Shown: positions 37,841 through 51,844 of the stretch, piece by piece
Layout: every line of letters begins with the position of its first letter
How positions within the stretch are numbered: position 1 is the stretch's first letter
Source of the DNA: Octopus vulgaris
Lineage: Eukaryota
Assembly: GCA_951406725.2 (NCBI GenBank)
Contig: OX597836.1
Location: 39,928,001 to 39,992,000 of the forward strand
DNA: 64,000 nt
Reading direction: 5' to 3'
Program-made: the position numbers and the translations under genes
The notes under the pieces: model-generated
Seen by the model: the letters and a program-made list of their open reading frames with translations, nothing else
Databases searched by the model: none
Told to the model about the DNA's origin: nothing

Positions 37841-38600
37841 ACAAACGAACGAACAAACAAACACACCTTATCTCTCTATCTCTCTCATCACCGTTTCTAT
37901 ATATCTCATTTTCTCCCTGAGTCACACACAGACACACATACACACACATCTTTGTGTCCCACCACCACAACAACAATCACCATCTCTCATTCCCCAGTTC
38001 TCTTTTACACTTAGATCATATCATACGAGATATCCACATCAGATGCCCTATATTTTCGTAAATTACATTCTGAACCTACCTCTCTGTATATTATATATAT
38101 CATTATTATATACACAAACAACGCTATCAAACGGAAGCACTGGCAACAATTACATAATACAGGCCTCTGTAACTTCGACAACGAGGTTACAGTAATGTGA
38201 ATACGAAGGAGAGTTAGAAGACAGTAGAACAATGAGAGAAGATTAACTATACGATACGTGCTTTGTAATTCTAGAAAGCTGTGTGATACATGCTCTAGCA
38301 TTATATTTAGATTCGTTACTGTGAATCAACGTATTTATTTATGTTTCATTGGCAAGGCTTAAAAGAGGACGGGGTTCAGTAATTCCATAAATACACCAGG
38401 AGAGATATTCTATGGAGATAAACAAAAGATGATATAATACGCGGCTGTTATACATTGATATTTTTCGCGGTTATTCATAGGTGTATCGGTGGCCGTTAGG
38501 AATTCGTACATGCAATTCGTTGCACTTCGTTTAGCTGCTATGTAAACTGCAATAAAGTTTATGTGCAACATTATATAACATGCATACGTAAACTGTGCCC

Positions 38601-38688
<88 letters not shown>

Positions 38689-39134
38689 GTATAATATATT
38701 ATATTATATTACATTACATTATATTATATAATATTATACTAAGTTATATTATATTATATTATATCATATTGTATTATAATATATTCTATTATATTATATT
38801 CCATATGTATGTGTCTTTGAGAAAATAATGTTTGGTAACACGCCGTGTATTCTGTGAATTAATTACTTCTATAGAGGAATATCATATTGAATGGAAATCT
38901 AAAAGAATTTTGCAGTTATAAATTTGTTTTCCCCTCTAACGAAGCCTAGCAATATTTTTTTTATATTTTTTTATTTTTTTATTTATCTATTCTTTCATCT
39001 AACTTACCACTGACTCCTTGACCACTCCCCCAAGTATGATATTTTGCGCTATGCCTACCCCCCAAAAAAGTCCCCCACCACCACTCCTTTAAACCTGCCT
39101 AAATGTATAAATGCTAATACAATTCTTGTTAAAT

Positions 39135-39185
39135 AGCTTCCTGAAGATTTCTCTTGAATGAAACAGTACTAGTCCTGTAGAAGCT
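39135..39185 (+). ncRNA. Type I hammerhead ribozyme (predicted)
   Basis: Stem I AGCTTC/GAAGCT (6 bp), core CTGAAGA, stem II TTC-TCTT-GAA with a U.U closing mismatch, GAAA, stem III ACAG/CTGT with loop TACTAGTC, cleavage triplet GUA (after 39179). Confidence 0.7.
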
Positions 39186-39268
39186 CCTTCTATATAATAA
39201 ATTAATTTTACTCTGCTATGTATTGAGTACCTTACTTACTGTGGTTAACCCCGAATCAACCCGGGACC

Positions 39269-39317
<49 letters not shown>

Positions 39318-39320
<3 letters not shown>

Positions 39321-39530
39321 TAATCCAAATAAGAAAACACAGAAAAAAAGAAAAAAAAACACAGCAACGCAGGACGTGGAACAATTAAAGTATTATTGAC
39401 GCTCAGGAAAGAAGGGAAGGAGGGTTTAACGTTTCGAGCGGAGCTCTTCGTCGGAAAAAAGGAGAAGGAAAGATCCCAAGAAGGGAAGACAGAGGAAAAA
39501 ATATTTGAGCTGGTGGTGCTCAAGAGATCA
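39318..39530 (-). mobile_element. Family-H-related element with minimal HHR variant
   Basis: 39457-39425 minus strand: TTT-CCGACGA-A-GAGC-TCC-GCTC-GAAA-CGTT-AAA, followed by TTCCTGAGCGTCAATAATAC as in family H. Both ends lie in (TA)n. Confidence 0.65.
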
Positions 39531-39531
39531 C

Positions 39532-39566
<35 letters not shown>

Positions 39567-39828
39567 TATGCGAGCATAAGTGTATTTGTGCGCCTTATGT
39601 TCATGTGTTTACTGTTGCAGAGGCATTAATGGAAAGGTGTTCGTATAAACAGTATAAATGATGGCGGTGATAATCAGGTTTAAAAAAAAACCACTTCAAT
39701 AATCATGAAGAGGGCATTGCATTGCCGACAGATTTCAAAGGAAGTAAGATAGAACAAAGCGGGATAAGGCGGTACACGACCGAAAAATAATGCCGTTTCC
39801 ATGACATAGGTAGACATAGTGCGTGTGC

Positions 39829-39871
<43 letters not shown>

Positions 39872-39949
39872 AAGTTCTGTATCGGTTATCTTTTGTATCG
39901 GTTATCTTTTGAATAATCCGTAACAAGATAATTCATTTATCCACTTCAA

Positions 39950-39988
<39 letters not shown>

Positions 39989-40085
39989 ATATATATATAC
40001 ATATATATATACACACATATATATATACACATATATATACATATATATATACATATATATATACACATACACACACACACACACA

Positions 40086-40123
<38 letters not shown>

Positions 40124-40230
40124 AAAGTAAGATAGGGGTTTTTGATGTTCCCATTTGTGTAATTAATAAATAATGTGAAATTGTAATATCCGTAAGTTGA
40201 TGATCGAAATGAATTTGTTTCTCCATTTTC

Positions 40231-40275
<45 letters not shown>

Positions 40276-40487
40276 AATAAGAAAATGGAGAAACAAATTC
40301 ATTTGCTGCCGATAAATTTGGCGCGAGTACGATGATTTGAAAATTTTAGGTCAGATATAGCCGAGACAGTAGCGGTGCTGCCTCGTGCAAATATCTGTCC
40401 CGTCTGACTTACCTTACTGATGAATTTATTGGCCTATGGAAGATTAGCTTGATTTAATTTAATCAAGTTGATTTACCATTAAAATAT

Positions 40488-40577
<90 letters not shown>

Positions 40578-41479
40578 AGTTCCGAGGCGTTTCTTTCAGA
40601 AAACGGATACATCATTTAGACATCATATAATATACGTTGTGTCAGTTATATATGTATTCTGTTTAATAATTGTACGTATGTGCGTGAATGTATATACACA
40701 TACGCACATACATATCTATATATGTATATACATGTATGTGTGTGTATGTGTGGTTGTGTGTCTGAGTGTGTAGTTACGTATATGTATACATATACACATA
40801 CATATATACATGTACAGGCGTACACAGACACTGCCACAAATACAGGCGCATACACGCGCATTTCTCACTTAGATCATCTAACTTTTCTGTCAATACACAA
40901 ATTTTCACCTATTTATTTCATTAGTATAAAAAAACTCTGTCCAGACGCGGTTTTGAAGAAATTTCTTACATAAGACACACCTCAAGCACACCCTTCCATG
41001 TAAACAAGAGCAGGAAACGCATTAGCAGTCGATATAAGACTCCTTTTAACTTTGATGTAGCAAATTTAGTAACTTTTTTTGGTTTAGTTTTGTTTTGTTT
41101 TGTTTAGTTTTTTGCTTTTTAAATTACTCTAGAAGCATTTCCCGTTATTGCATATGTATCATAAACCTTTTAATAAATGAAAAGATACAATTCCATTTTT
41201 TGACCTCCTCTTATTCATCCTTGATCAACCAGTTTCATATACAATGTGATAAGCAGCACTTACCCACTTGTGATGGCTTTGGTTTAGTCAAACATTTTCT
41301 TCCTTAGCAGAGACAGTAAGATAACCGTCTTTGGTGTGTGTAAGCTGTTTCCAGATACAAGTGTCGAGCACCAAATACACTTTGCACATCACCACACATG
41401 AATAAACCAAAACGGGAAAGACAAGTCAATACGTTTGCAGCATGCATAGAACCGAAAGGCATGTTGGTTATCAGTTAAG

Positions 41480-41519
<40 letters not shown>

Positions 41520-41633
41520 AACTGGGACAAGAACGCAAAACATTTAGAAGACGATACAAAAATACACGGACGGGGGGCATTCGAAGCCTTCAATCTTCAG
41601 TCAAGAACCGGATCATCCTCGCAATTTCGGCTG

Positions 41634-41680
<47 letters not shown>

Positions 41681-41722
41681 TGTGCATATATATTTATCTC
41701 TCTCTCTCTATATATATATATC

Positions 41723-42595
<873 letters not shown>

Positions 42596-42891
42596 GGTAT
42601 CTTTTTTTCTTCACAAATGTAAATAAACCCAATCCGTTTCTTAAACGAGGGACATATTCATACGGCACAGAATGTTGTTGTTTTTTTACCTCAATAGACG
42701 CGAATGATTGGTTCAAATTGCAGAAATTGAAGAAAAAAACAACAACAAATATCTTACAAACTATAGAATTTTCTCAACAAATCCAAGAGAAAAAGATGTT
42801 TTATAAACACATTCTACCAGTATACGAAGTTTAAAACGTTCTAGTTACCTAGAAATTATGTTAAAAACTGCCATTCAAACCGTAAAGATTC
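42596..42891 (+). mobile_element. Truncated third copy of the TTAGGG MITE (right TIR only)
   Basis: Matches 12990-13276 and ends AAAAACTGCCATTCAAACCGTAAAGATTC. Confidence 0.85.
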
Positions 42892-43227
42892 GAAATATGA
42901 TGTATAATTTTACCAGTAGTTTGAAAACTTCTAATGTTTCTTGATCAAACCGTTTACTTCCCTTGCTATGATTCCTGATTTACATTTCAACACTTAAGAG
43001 AATTGAAAGCTATTAGCATCCTCATCACTTCAGTATTCCTTTCTAGGTTAATACCTCTTACACTACGTTTTTGCCTTCACCTAGCACTTCATTTAATTAA
43101 CTTTCTCACATACAAATACATTCATTATATTATTAATTTGCTTGAAGCAGTAAAAACATTTAATTTAATTCGTTTGACTCTGGAGTTATTAACACTAACG
43201 CTTTGGAAAATTTATGTTTTCGTGCCA

Positions 43228-43335
<108 letters not shown>

Positions 43336-43358
43336 TAGATATAGATTATATATTATAT

Positions 43359-43771
43359 AGGCGCAAGAGTGGCTGTGTGGTAAGTAGCTTGCTAACCAAC
43401 CACATGGTTCCGGGTTCAGTCCCACTGCGTGGCATCTTGGGCAAGTGTCTTCTGCTATAGCCCCGGGCTGACCAATGCCTTGTGAGTGGATTTGGTAGAC
43501 GGAAACTGAAAGAAGCCCGTCGTATATTTGTATATATATGTGTATGTGTGTTTGTGTGTGTGTGTGTGTTTGTCCCCCTAGCATTGCTTGACAACCGATG
43601 CTGGTGTGTTTACGTCCTCGTCACTTAGCGGTTCGGCAAAATAGACCGATAGAATAAGTACTGGGCTTACAAAGAATAAGTCCCGGGGTCGATTTGCTCG
43701 ACTAAAGGCGGTGCTCCAGCATGGCCGCAGTCAAATGACTGAAACAAGTAAAAGAGTAAAAGAATAAAGAG
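43359..43771 (+). mobile_element. Full-length SINE C
   Basis: Near-consensus head, core and tail. Confidence 0.95.
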
Positions 43772-43806
43772 TATATACATATGTGTGTGTGTGTGTGTGT
43801 GTGTGT

Positions 43807-44010
43807 TCTTTTACTTGTTTCAGTTATTTAACTGCCGTCATGCTGGAGCGAGGCCTTAACAGTTTTTGGAATCGAAGAAATCGACCCCGGGACTTATTCT
43901 TTGTAAGCCAAGTACTTCTTTTATCGGTCTCTTTTGCCGAACCGCTAAATTACGGGGACGTTAACACACCAACATCGGTTGTCAAGCGATGGTGGGAGAC
44001 AAACACACAA

Positions 44011-44047
<37 letters not shown>

Positions 44048-44198
44048 CATGCATACAAACACACATATATACTGCATGTATATACCACGAGATTCTTTCA
44101 GTTTTTGTCTATCAAATCCACCTACAAAGCTTTGGTCGGCCCGAGGTTGCCACGCGTAGCTGGGAAGCAAGCTTCTTACCACACAGCCACGCCTGCGC
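43807..44198 (-). mobile_element. SINE C (older), tail-to-tail with the previous copy
   Basis: Reverse complement of 43359-43771 with deletions. Confidence 0.85.
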
Positions 44199-44227
44199 TA
44201 TATATATATATATATATATATATATTG

Positions 44228-44503
44228 TCACCGACCAGGCTATCAGATGTTGCTACACATCGCTGGTCACAATGCGCTTCGCATTGTTTTAGCCCGCTGG
44301 CTAAGCGAGCTGGCCAACAGAAGAAAGAGTGAGATAAAGTTGTGGCGAAGGAGTACAGCAGGAATCACCACCACCTCCTGCCGGAGCCTCGTGGAGCTTT
44401 AGGTGTTTTCGTGGAGCTTTAGGTGTAAGCACTCACAACGCCCGGTCTGGGAATCGAAACCGCGATCCTACGACTACGAGTCCGCTGCCCTAACCACTGG
44501 GCA
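44228..44503 (-). mobile_element. SINE B, tail type ii
   Basis: Matches 21607-21900; tail at (TA)n. Confidence 0.85.
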
Positions 44504-45180
44504 ATAATGCGACACTGCCTTGAAGAATTTAGTCGAACATATCATCCCACCCACTTATTTTTCAAAACCTGGCACTTATTCAATCGGTTCTCTTTTGCGT
44601 GTACGTAAACAAACCAAGACCGGGTGTCAAAGGATTGGAAAGCAAACAAAACCGCACACACACACACAGAGGCTCCGGTTGACCATGGGTGGTAGTAGAA
44701 ATTACTTTCCCAAAGTGCTCCACAGTGGGACTGAACCCAAGAGTACGTGATTGGGAAGCAAACGTCTTAGCCACACAGCCACGCGTGTCGCTTTTCAACT
44801 TCTTATACTTTTATACGTTACTTATTATTTTTTACCTGATTAATTTTACGTTCAGATTTCCGAGCAACACCAAATCCTAACGCTTTTAAAGAAGGCACGA
44901 ACAAAAGTATTTCCCTACAACTAATCACGTACCTGCTTCGGTAATTTTCACTTCAGTTTGTCAATCATTTTTCCACGTGACATCTTACCGTAACAGCCGT
45001 TTCGTGTTTAGAAGAAATTCTTCCAACATCATAATTTAACTTTTTGTTTCTTCTCTCTCCAAGAATTGAACACAGATGTAGGTTATTAACTTTTGCTCTG
45101 ACTACCCACTTTTTTGATAAATCTAAGCAGTCGCCAGTTTTCGCTTTCCCTACCATCCTTAAACTATTTTCTAGTTCTAG

Positions 45181-45391
45181 GGCGGCGAGCTGGCAGAAAC
45201 GTTAGCACGCCGGGCGAAATGCGTAGCCGTATTTCGTCTGTCGCTACGTTCTGAGTTCAAATTCCGCCGAGGTTGACTTTGCCTTTCATCCTTTCGGGGT
45301 CGATTAAATAAATACCAGTTACGCACTGGGGTCGATATAATCGACTTAATCCTTGTGTCTGTCCTTGTTTGTCCCCTCTGTGTGTAGCCCC
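45181..45391 (+). mobile_element. SINE A
   Basis: GGCGGCGAGCTGGCAGAAACGTTAGC..GAGTTCAAATTCC.. Confidence 0.9.
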
Positions 45392-45598
45392 TATTTATAT
45401 AACAAAACAGGAAGTTAGAAAATTTTTGGTATTATTTATTCACACATACTTAATTTGCTAATAGGAATTATCTACCTTGCATCAATGCAGCAACGATAGC
45501 CTCTACATACTGGAATATAATACTGGAATAAGCAGATGTGCTTCAAGAGAACATAACTTGGATTTTGCCATAATTCATACATACATAATACATACATA

Positions 45599-45712
45599 CA
45601 TCATCATCATCATTGTTCGACCGTGGTCGAGACAATGGAATTTACTGTGTTACGCCAGACTTCACGGTCCATCATAGCATTACGGAGGTCCTGTTGCTGG
45701 ATGCCTGTATCC
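45599..45712 (-). mobile_element. RTE-like LINE extreme 3' end with (TGA)n tail
   Basis: DTGIQQQDLRNAMMDREVWRN..STTVEQ-stop followed by (TGA)n; sits in (TACA)n. Confidence 0.8.
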
Positions 45713-46206
45713 CATACATACATACATACATACTTACACACATACAAGTTCAAGTTTATACCTGTAATTATTGGGGCCCTGGTATATGTAATACACAGCC
45801 TATATACCAATATTCAGAAATTAGTCTTCTTAGAACCGGAAATGAGAAAGCTAATTAAAAAACTACGGATCCAGTCCATCACTGGATCTGTAAAAATCTG
45901 TAAAACTTTCCAGAAGTTTAGCATTTAAATATATATGAGCATCTCTAGACATACAACTATATGCATGAGAATACATACATAAAGCAAAACATGCAAATGT
46001 GCGCATATACATACATACATACAGACAGACAGACATACAGACAGGCAGACAGACACACAGACAGTCAAACAGACAGACATGCAAACAAAAATTCCGTGCT
46101 GTTGATGTTGAAATTCCAAATGAAGGCGTCTTGGATCTAGGTTAGAGACCGGCTCTTTCTCTGTTGGCAAGAAATTTTGAACTAAAACTGAACAATGAAA
46201 TACATA

Positions 46207-46520
46207 CAGTTAAGGTGAGACAATGTCACGTGACAACTTGCTGGGGCTGCCTGCTGGAGCCTAACGGCAGGTATTTAAAGGGAAAAAATTTGACAAGTCA
46301 GTCAGTCACCGGCTGACACTAGCTGACGCTACATCGAAGAGGCCAGGGAACAGAAGAAAGAAGAAAGAAGACATGCATCCAACACCAGAGCTGAAGACAC
46401 CTCCGAAGGGAGGGGCGCTGCGTCAAAACGGTAGAAGAGTAGGGGCCGAAACCGGACGTGGTTCCTCCTGATGATGTCTTGAGCTAACTGGATCCTGACG
46501 AAACACGGTTGTAATTCCTC
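46207..46520 (+). mobile_element. Second copy of repeat F
   Basis: Collinear with 8128-8505 and has the same 3' end. Confidence 0.8.
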
Positions 46521-47088
46521 TATATGATAGATAATCCCCACAAATGGAAACAAATTATATACACTTGTGCTTTTCATAATTTCCCTTACATTTGTTCTGT
46601 GTATCATAACAAGTAACACTTCTAAATATTATAGCAACCGAACCTCTATACGGGAAGCCGATGAGGATAATCTTCGTGGATCTCATAAATTAAACGATGC
46701 CCATATGGAACGTTAAGATTTTATGTCAAAGAAGATACGAAGCTCCATCTTTGGAATGTAGATAACACAATCAACGTCATAATTTAAACTTGAGAAAAGT
46801 CTTGCAGAGTTTTACTGTTCCCCTTACGAATTGTATTTGTAATGAGTGAGTTCGGTGGTTGAATCCTTTTTCTGAAAACCTTGATTTTATCTATATCGAC
46901 ACCTAGTCGTTTACTTACAAAAAGAAATGCACCGATTATTATTGGTATAACTGTGAATCTATTATTTGGTTACAGAAAATGTATGTCTCCAAGCAGTTGT
47001 CCATAGTTATCCACTTTCGCTTTGAAAATCAAAGAGATATTTCACTTCAGCAGGACACCTGACATACGTATATATGTATGTATGTATG

Positions 47089-47122
<34 letters not shown>

Positions 47123-47208
47123 TGTATGTATGTATGTATGTATGTATGTATGTATGTATGTATGTATGTATGTATGTATGTGTGTGTGTATGTATGTGTG
47201 TGTGTGCA

Positions 47209-47240
<32 letters not shown>

Positions 47241-47618
47241 CATGTGTGTGCTTGTGTGCGTGTATTTGTATTGTTCTGATGTTCGCTTTGAAACCATGTG
47301 GTTCCGTGAACGTTCAGCTTCGTTAAGTGTCTTCTGTCATAACACCAGGTCGACCAAATTTTTGTAATGAGAGTTGAATAGACGGAAATGATACGCAAGC
47401 CGTCGGCTGGTACATATATATATATATATATATATAAACTTTTCTCATATATATATGTATATATAAATATATATAACTATATATATATTATTTATAAATA
47501 TGTATTTATATATATATATAAACGTTTCTCATTTATATATGTATATATATATAAACATACCTATATATATATTATTTATAAATATGTATGTATGTATATA
47601 TATATATAGATAGATAGC

Positions 47619-47659
<41 letters not shown>

Positions 47660-47679
47660 CGATAAATAGATAGACAGAC

Positions 47680-47764
<85 letters not shown>

Positions 47765-48084
47765 AGACACAAATAACGTTCAAGCAGGTAGGGGACAAGC
47801 AAATATATTATATATGAATTCATAGAAGTAAAAGACCTATTGAAAATTGCTTAGAAGAAAACTAATGTATAACAATGAAAGTGTTTGTTCAATGAAAGCA
47901 AATATATAAAAAAAAAGAAAAAAGAAATGGGAATGACTCTATATTTGCAATGTATGTTTTACCTGCATGTGCAAGTGCGAGTGTGTATGTTTAAATAAGT
48001 GCTTTAAGGCTGCAAATTGTTTAATTCCAGAGCGAACTTTTTAAAACGTGCAAATGAAGACAAAGAACTTTCTAGAACTAGAAA

Positions 48085-48818
48085 ATATATTTCTTTATTA
48101 CCCACAAGTGGCTAAACATAGAGGGGACAAACAAGAACAGACAAACGGATTAAGTAGATTATATCGACCCCAGTGCGAAACTGGTACTTTATTTATCGAC
48201 AGACGAAATACCTATTTCTTTATTACCCACAAGGGGCTAAACATAGAGGGGACAAACAAGGACAGACAAACGGATTAAGTAGATTATATCGACCCCAGTG
48301 CGAAACTGGTACTTTATTTATCGACAGACGAAATACCTATTTCTTTATTACCCACAAGGGGCTAAACATAGAGGGGACAAACAAGGACAGACAAACGGAT
48401 TAAGTAGATTATATCGACCCCAGTGCGAAACTGGTACTTTATTTATCGACAGACGAAATACCTATTTCTTTATTACCCACAAGGGGCTAAACATAGAGGG
48501 GACAAACAAGGACAGACAAACGGATTAAGTAGATTATATCGACCCCAGTGCGAAACTGGTACTTTATTTATTGACAGACGAAATACCTATTTCTTTATTA
48601 CCCACAAGGGGATAAACATAGAGCGGACAAACAAGGACAGACATAGGTATTAAGTCGATTACATCGACCCCAGTGCGTAACTGGTACTTATTTAATCGAC
48701 CCCGAAAGGATGAAAGGCAAAGTCGACGTCGGCGGAATTTGAACTCAGAACGTAGCGACAGACGAAATACCGCTAAACATTTCGCCCGGTGTGCTAACGG
48801 TTCTGCCAGCTCGCTGCC
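48085..48818 (-). mobile_element. SINE A followed by about 4 near-identical 125-bp tandem copies of its 3' part
   Basis: Unit GACAGACGAAATACCTATTTCTTTATTACCCACAAGGGG..CTGGTACTTTATTTATC has a period of 125 (ORFs at 48173, 48298, 48423). Confidence 0.9.
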
Positions 48819-48838
48819 GTTTTGTTGCATACATGTAT

Positions 48839-48888
<50 letters not shown>

Positions 48889-49302
48889 GCACAAACATAT
48901 ACGTATACATGCATGTATGTATAAACATACCTATACATATAGTGTGCGACATGAATTTAAATTGCTTGAGAAATAACCAGCATTTAGAATTGCTTATGTA
49001 TTCGTGAATATCCAAAGGAAATCTGTGAGTAAAATTCCTATTAGAATCCATATTTCATTTGGTTAGAGCTTCCCTCCATATTGTTGTCTTTGTTTTTTTT
49101 TCCTAAATACGACTCTCCTTGAGATATCACTGAAACGATGTCCAAACAGAACAAATTATTTCGTTCAGTTACTACCAATCAGACCTTTGCCAGGCTTGCG
49201 TCTGAAAGGGCTTCTTAAGTGTGAATAATTTATTTTAAGTCCTTATAAACGAAATACTATTCAATTGTAAAATGAAATTGAAAATTTAGTCTCCAGATCT
49301 CT

Positions 49303-49580
49303 CATCACCATTGTTCCACCGTAGTCGAGACAATGGAATTTACTATGTTACGACAGACTTCACGGTCCATCATAGCATTACGGAGGTCCTGTTGCTGGAT
49401 GCCAGTATCCCTGGAGATTACATCAGGGTAGGAGAGTGTGCGCCTTCTGGTATCGCGAGCAGACGGCTTCCAGAGGAGAAGAGTAGAAATTACCTTGTTT
49501 TCAGCTCTACAACAATGTCCAGCAAACTGGACTCTTCAACCTTTCACAAGAGATGATAGAGGTGGTAGTTTCCCAGATAT
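49303..49580 (-). mobile_element. RTE-like LINE 3' end
   Basis: Reverse complement of 1655-1894. Confidence 0.85.
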
Positions 49581-50064
49581 CTACCTGACGATATAATCCA
49601 TCCTATCAAAGCAATATACAGTTATAACTGTATATAGCTACATTTACACAGCCTCCTCATAAAGATGAGACATACGGAATTCACCGAAGGATTGCTTTTC
49701 AAAGATAATACAAAATCCGTTTTCTTTTTTTAATGAGTGACAACGGTGTTATTGTTTGTGTTTTGTTGTTGTTTTGTTTTCATTGTAATTTTCAACTTTA
49801 ATCATTTATACATCAATTGAAATCGTTGCATATAATTATCGATAGAAGAGTAATGAGAAGTGGGTGAGACGAAATTAGCGAATGAAGAGATACTGGCAGA
49901 AGACATTAAGCGGGTAATTACTGGCTAAATAGGCCTTTCTCATGAGGATAACGTAGGGTGTTTGATAAGGGAGTGATTGAAGTGAAAGCTTAATACGCCA
50001 TGTAATGATAGATGTACGTATGTACGTATGTATGTACGTATGTATGTATTCGTGTATACATGTA

Positions 50065-50410
50065 TGTATTTGGGTATGTATACATGTCTGTCTGTAGGTA
50101 TGTATTTATGTAAGTATGTCTATACGTATGTATAATACTTATATGTGTGTGTGCGTATGTGCGTATGTATGTATTTGTGTATGCAAGTATGTATTTAGGT
50201 ATGTATATATATCTGTCTGTATGTATGAATTTATGTAGGTATGTCTATACGTATGTATAATACTTATATGTGTGTGTGCGTATGTACGTATGTATGTATT
50301 TGTGTATGCTTGTATGTATTTAGGTATGTATATATATATATCTGTCTGTATGTATGTATTTATGTAAGTATGTCTATACGTATGTATAATACGTATATTT
50401 GTGTGTGTGC
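50065..50410. repeat. ~120-bp tandem repeat x3 built from TATG/TG microsatellite
   Basis: GTATGTCTATACGTATGTATAATAC recurs at ~50114, 50239 and 50368. Confidence 0.8.
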
Positions 50411-50634
50411 GTATTATACACACACATGCACAAACATATTGCAAACGTATACATATTTAGCTGTAAATATGTGTATATGGAACATTACACATGAATGTGT
50501 GAAGCTTCACACACCTATACACACGTATTTACGCCTGTATGTACAAAATATACCTGTGAACAAATAGATATATGTAATTTTATACTACGCATATGTACGG
50601 CATATGTATGTGTGTGTATATACATATATATATG

Positions 50635-50668
<34 letters not shown>

Positions 50669-50715
50669 TGTATGTATGTACATAACGTATACATACAAAA
50701 TATGTCTATATATTC

Positions 50716-50754
<39 letters not shown>

Positions 50755-50878
50755 CACACACATATATATATATATGTGTATATATATATATTTACATATA
50801 TATATATATGTATATATCTATTTACATATATATATGGATATGTAAATACAAATAAAAAAAAAAAAAATACATATACAT

Positions 50879-50943
<65 letters not shown>

Positions 50944-50985
50944 CACATATATGCATATGCATAGAAACACACACTCACACACTCA

Positions 50986-51030
<45 letters not shown>

Positions 51031-51464
51031 AAATGTATATACCAGAAAATACATGTTTTCGCCCTTTATGCAATTCTCTCTGTGCATTTATATCGTCAAG
51101 TAATTTCGCATATTCATCTCCTCAATCATTCAAGATTCTATCTAAACTATTTGGTCGATCGTTTAGTTTTATACAAATCCCTGTTATCTTGAAAAGTTTA
51201 ATTGTATTTTCACAATTTCATTCAATGTCTCAGAATGCTCTCTTTACCATATTTCTCACCGAAAAAAAAATTAACAGAATCTTTTTCTTTGTTTTGCTAC
51301 TTTGATCCTGAAAAGATAATTGAATTTATCTTGTAATTAAATGTAGCGTGATATAGGATGCGGTATTCTGGAGGGGTTGGTTTGAGAATAGTAAAGCAAC
51401 GCCATCTACTACATTGCTTCAATACATCGCTATGTACAGCTTTGTAATTAATAAAAATAATGTC

Positions 51465-51516
<52 letters not shown>

Positions 51517-51660
51517 TGCATCACAACCATGTCGCGCACATATGGTTTTGAAGCATGTGCCTAGTGTACCCTTATCAGACGGGTAGTTATGATGGGTATA
51601 CTGGGCTTCGTATATTTTACCCCAGTGTCACTATGATGACATGCACTGCTCTCTCCACTC
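51517..51660 (+). mobile_element. Short insert embedded in (AAT)n, possibly the 3' end of an (AAT)-targeting LINE such as Dong/R4
   Basis: A ~145-bp complex segment flanked on both sides by long (AAT)n. The clade assignment is inference. Confidence 0.4.
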
Positions 51661-51725
<65 letters not shown>

Positions 51726-51771
51726 TAATAATAATAATAATAATTGGACAATTTTGTTTGGAATTCTAAAC

Positions 51772-51817
51772 AAAACTGTCCGACAAACGGGAACGTGAAA
51801 CTCTGAGTAACAGTTTT
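51772..51817 (+). ncRNA. Degenerate minimal type I hammerhead motif
   Basis: AAAACTGT-CCGACAA-ACG-GGAA-CGT-GAAA-CTCTGAG-TA-ACAGTTTT. 8-bp stem I, 3-bp stem II, near-palindromic stem III; the core has U4C and G8A changes. Confidence 0.6.
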
Positions 51818-51844
51818 TGTGATATTTTTGCTGCTTTTTATAAA

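Noticed and set aside
43718-43750. SINE C tail stem plus GAAAC as a hammerhead
   Set aside because: There is no CUGANGA core or stem I/III; it is better explained as a LINE-recognition stem-loop.
48085-48680. Regularly spaced repeats suggesting a CRISPR array
   Set aside because: The units are identical over their whole length with no unique spacers, derive from SINE A, have no cas genes nearby, and sit in a eukaryotic context.
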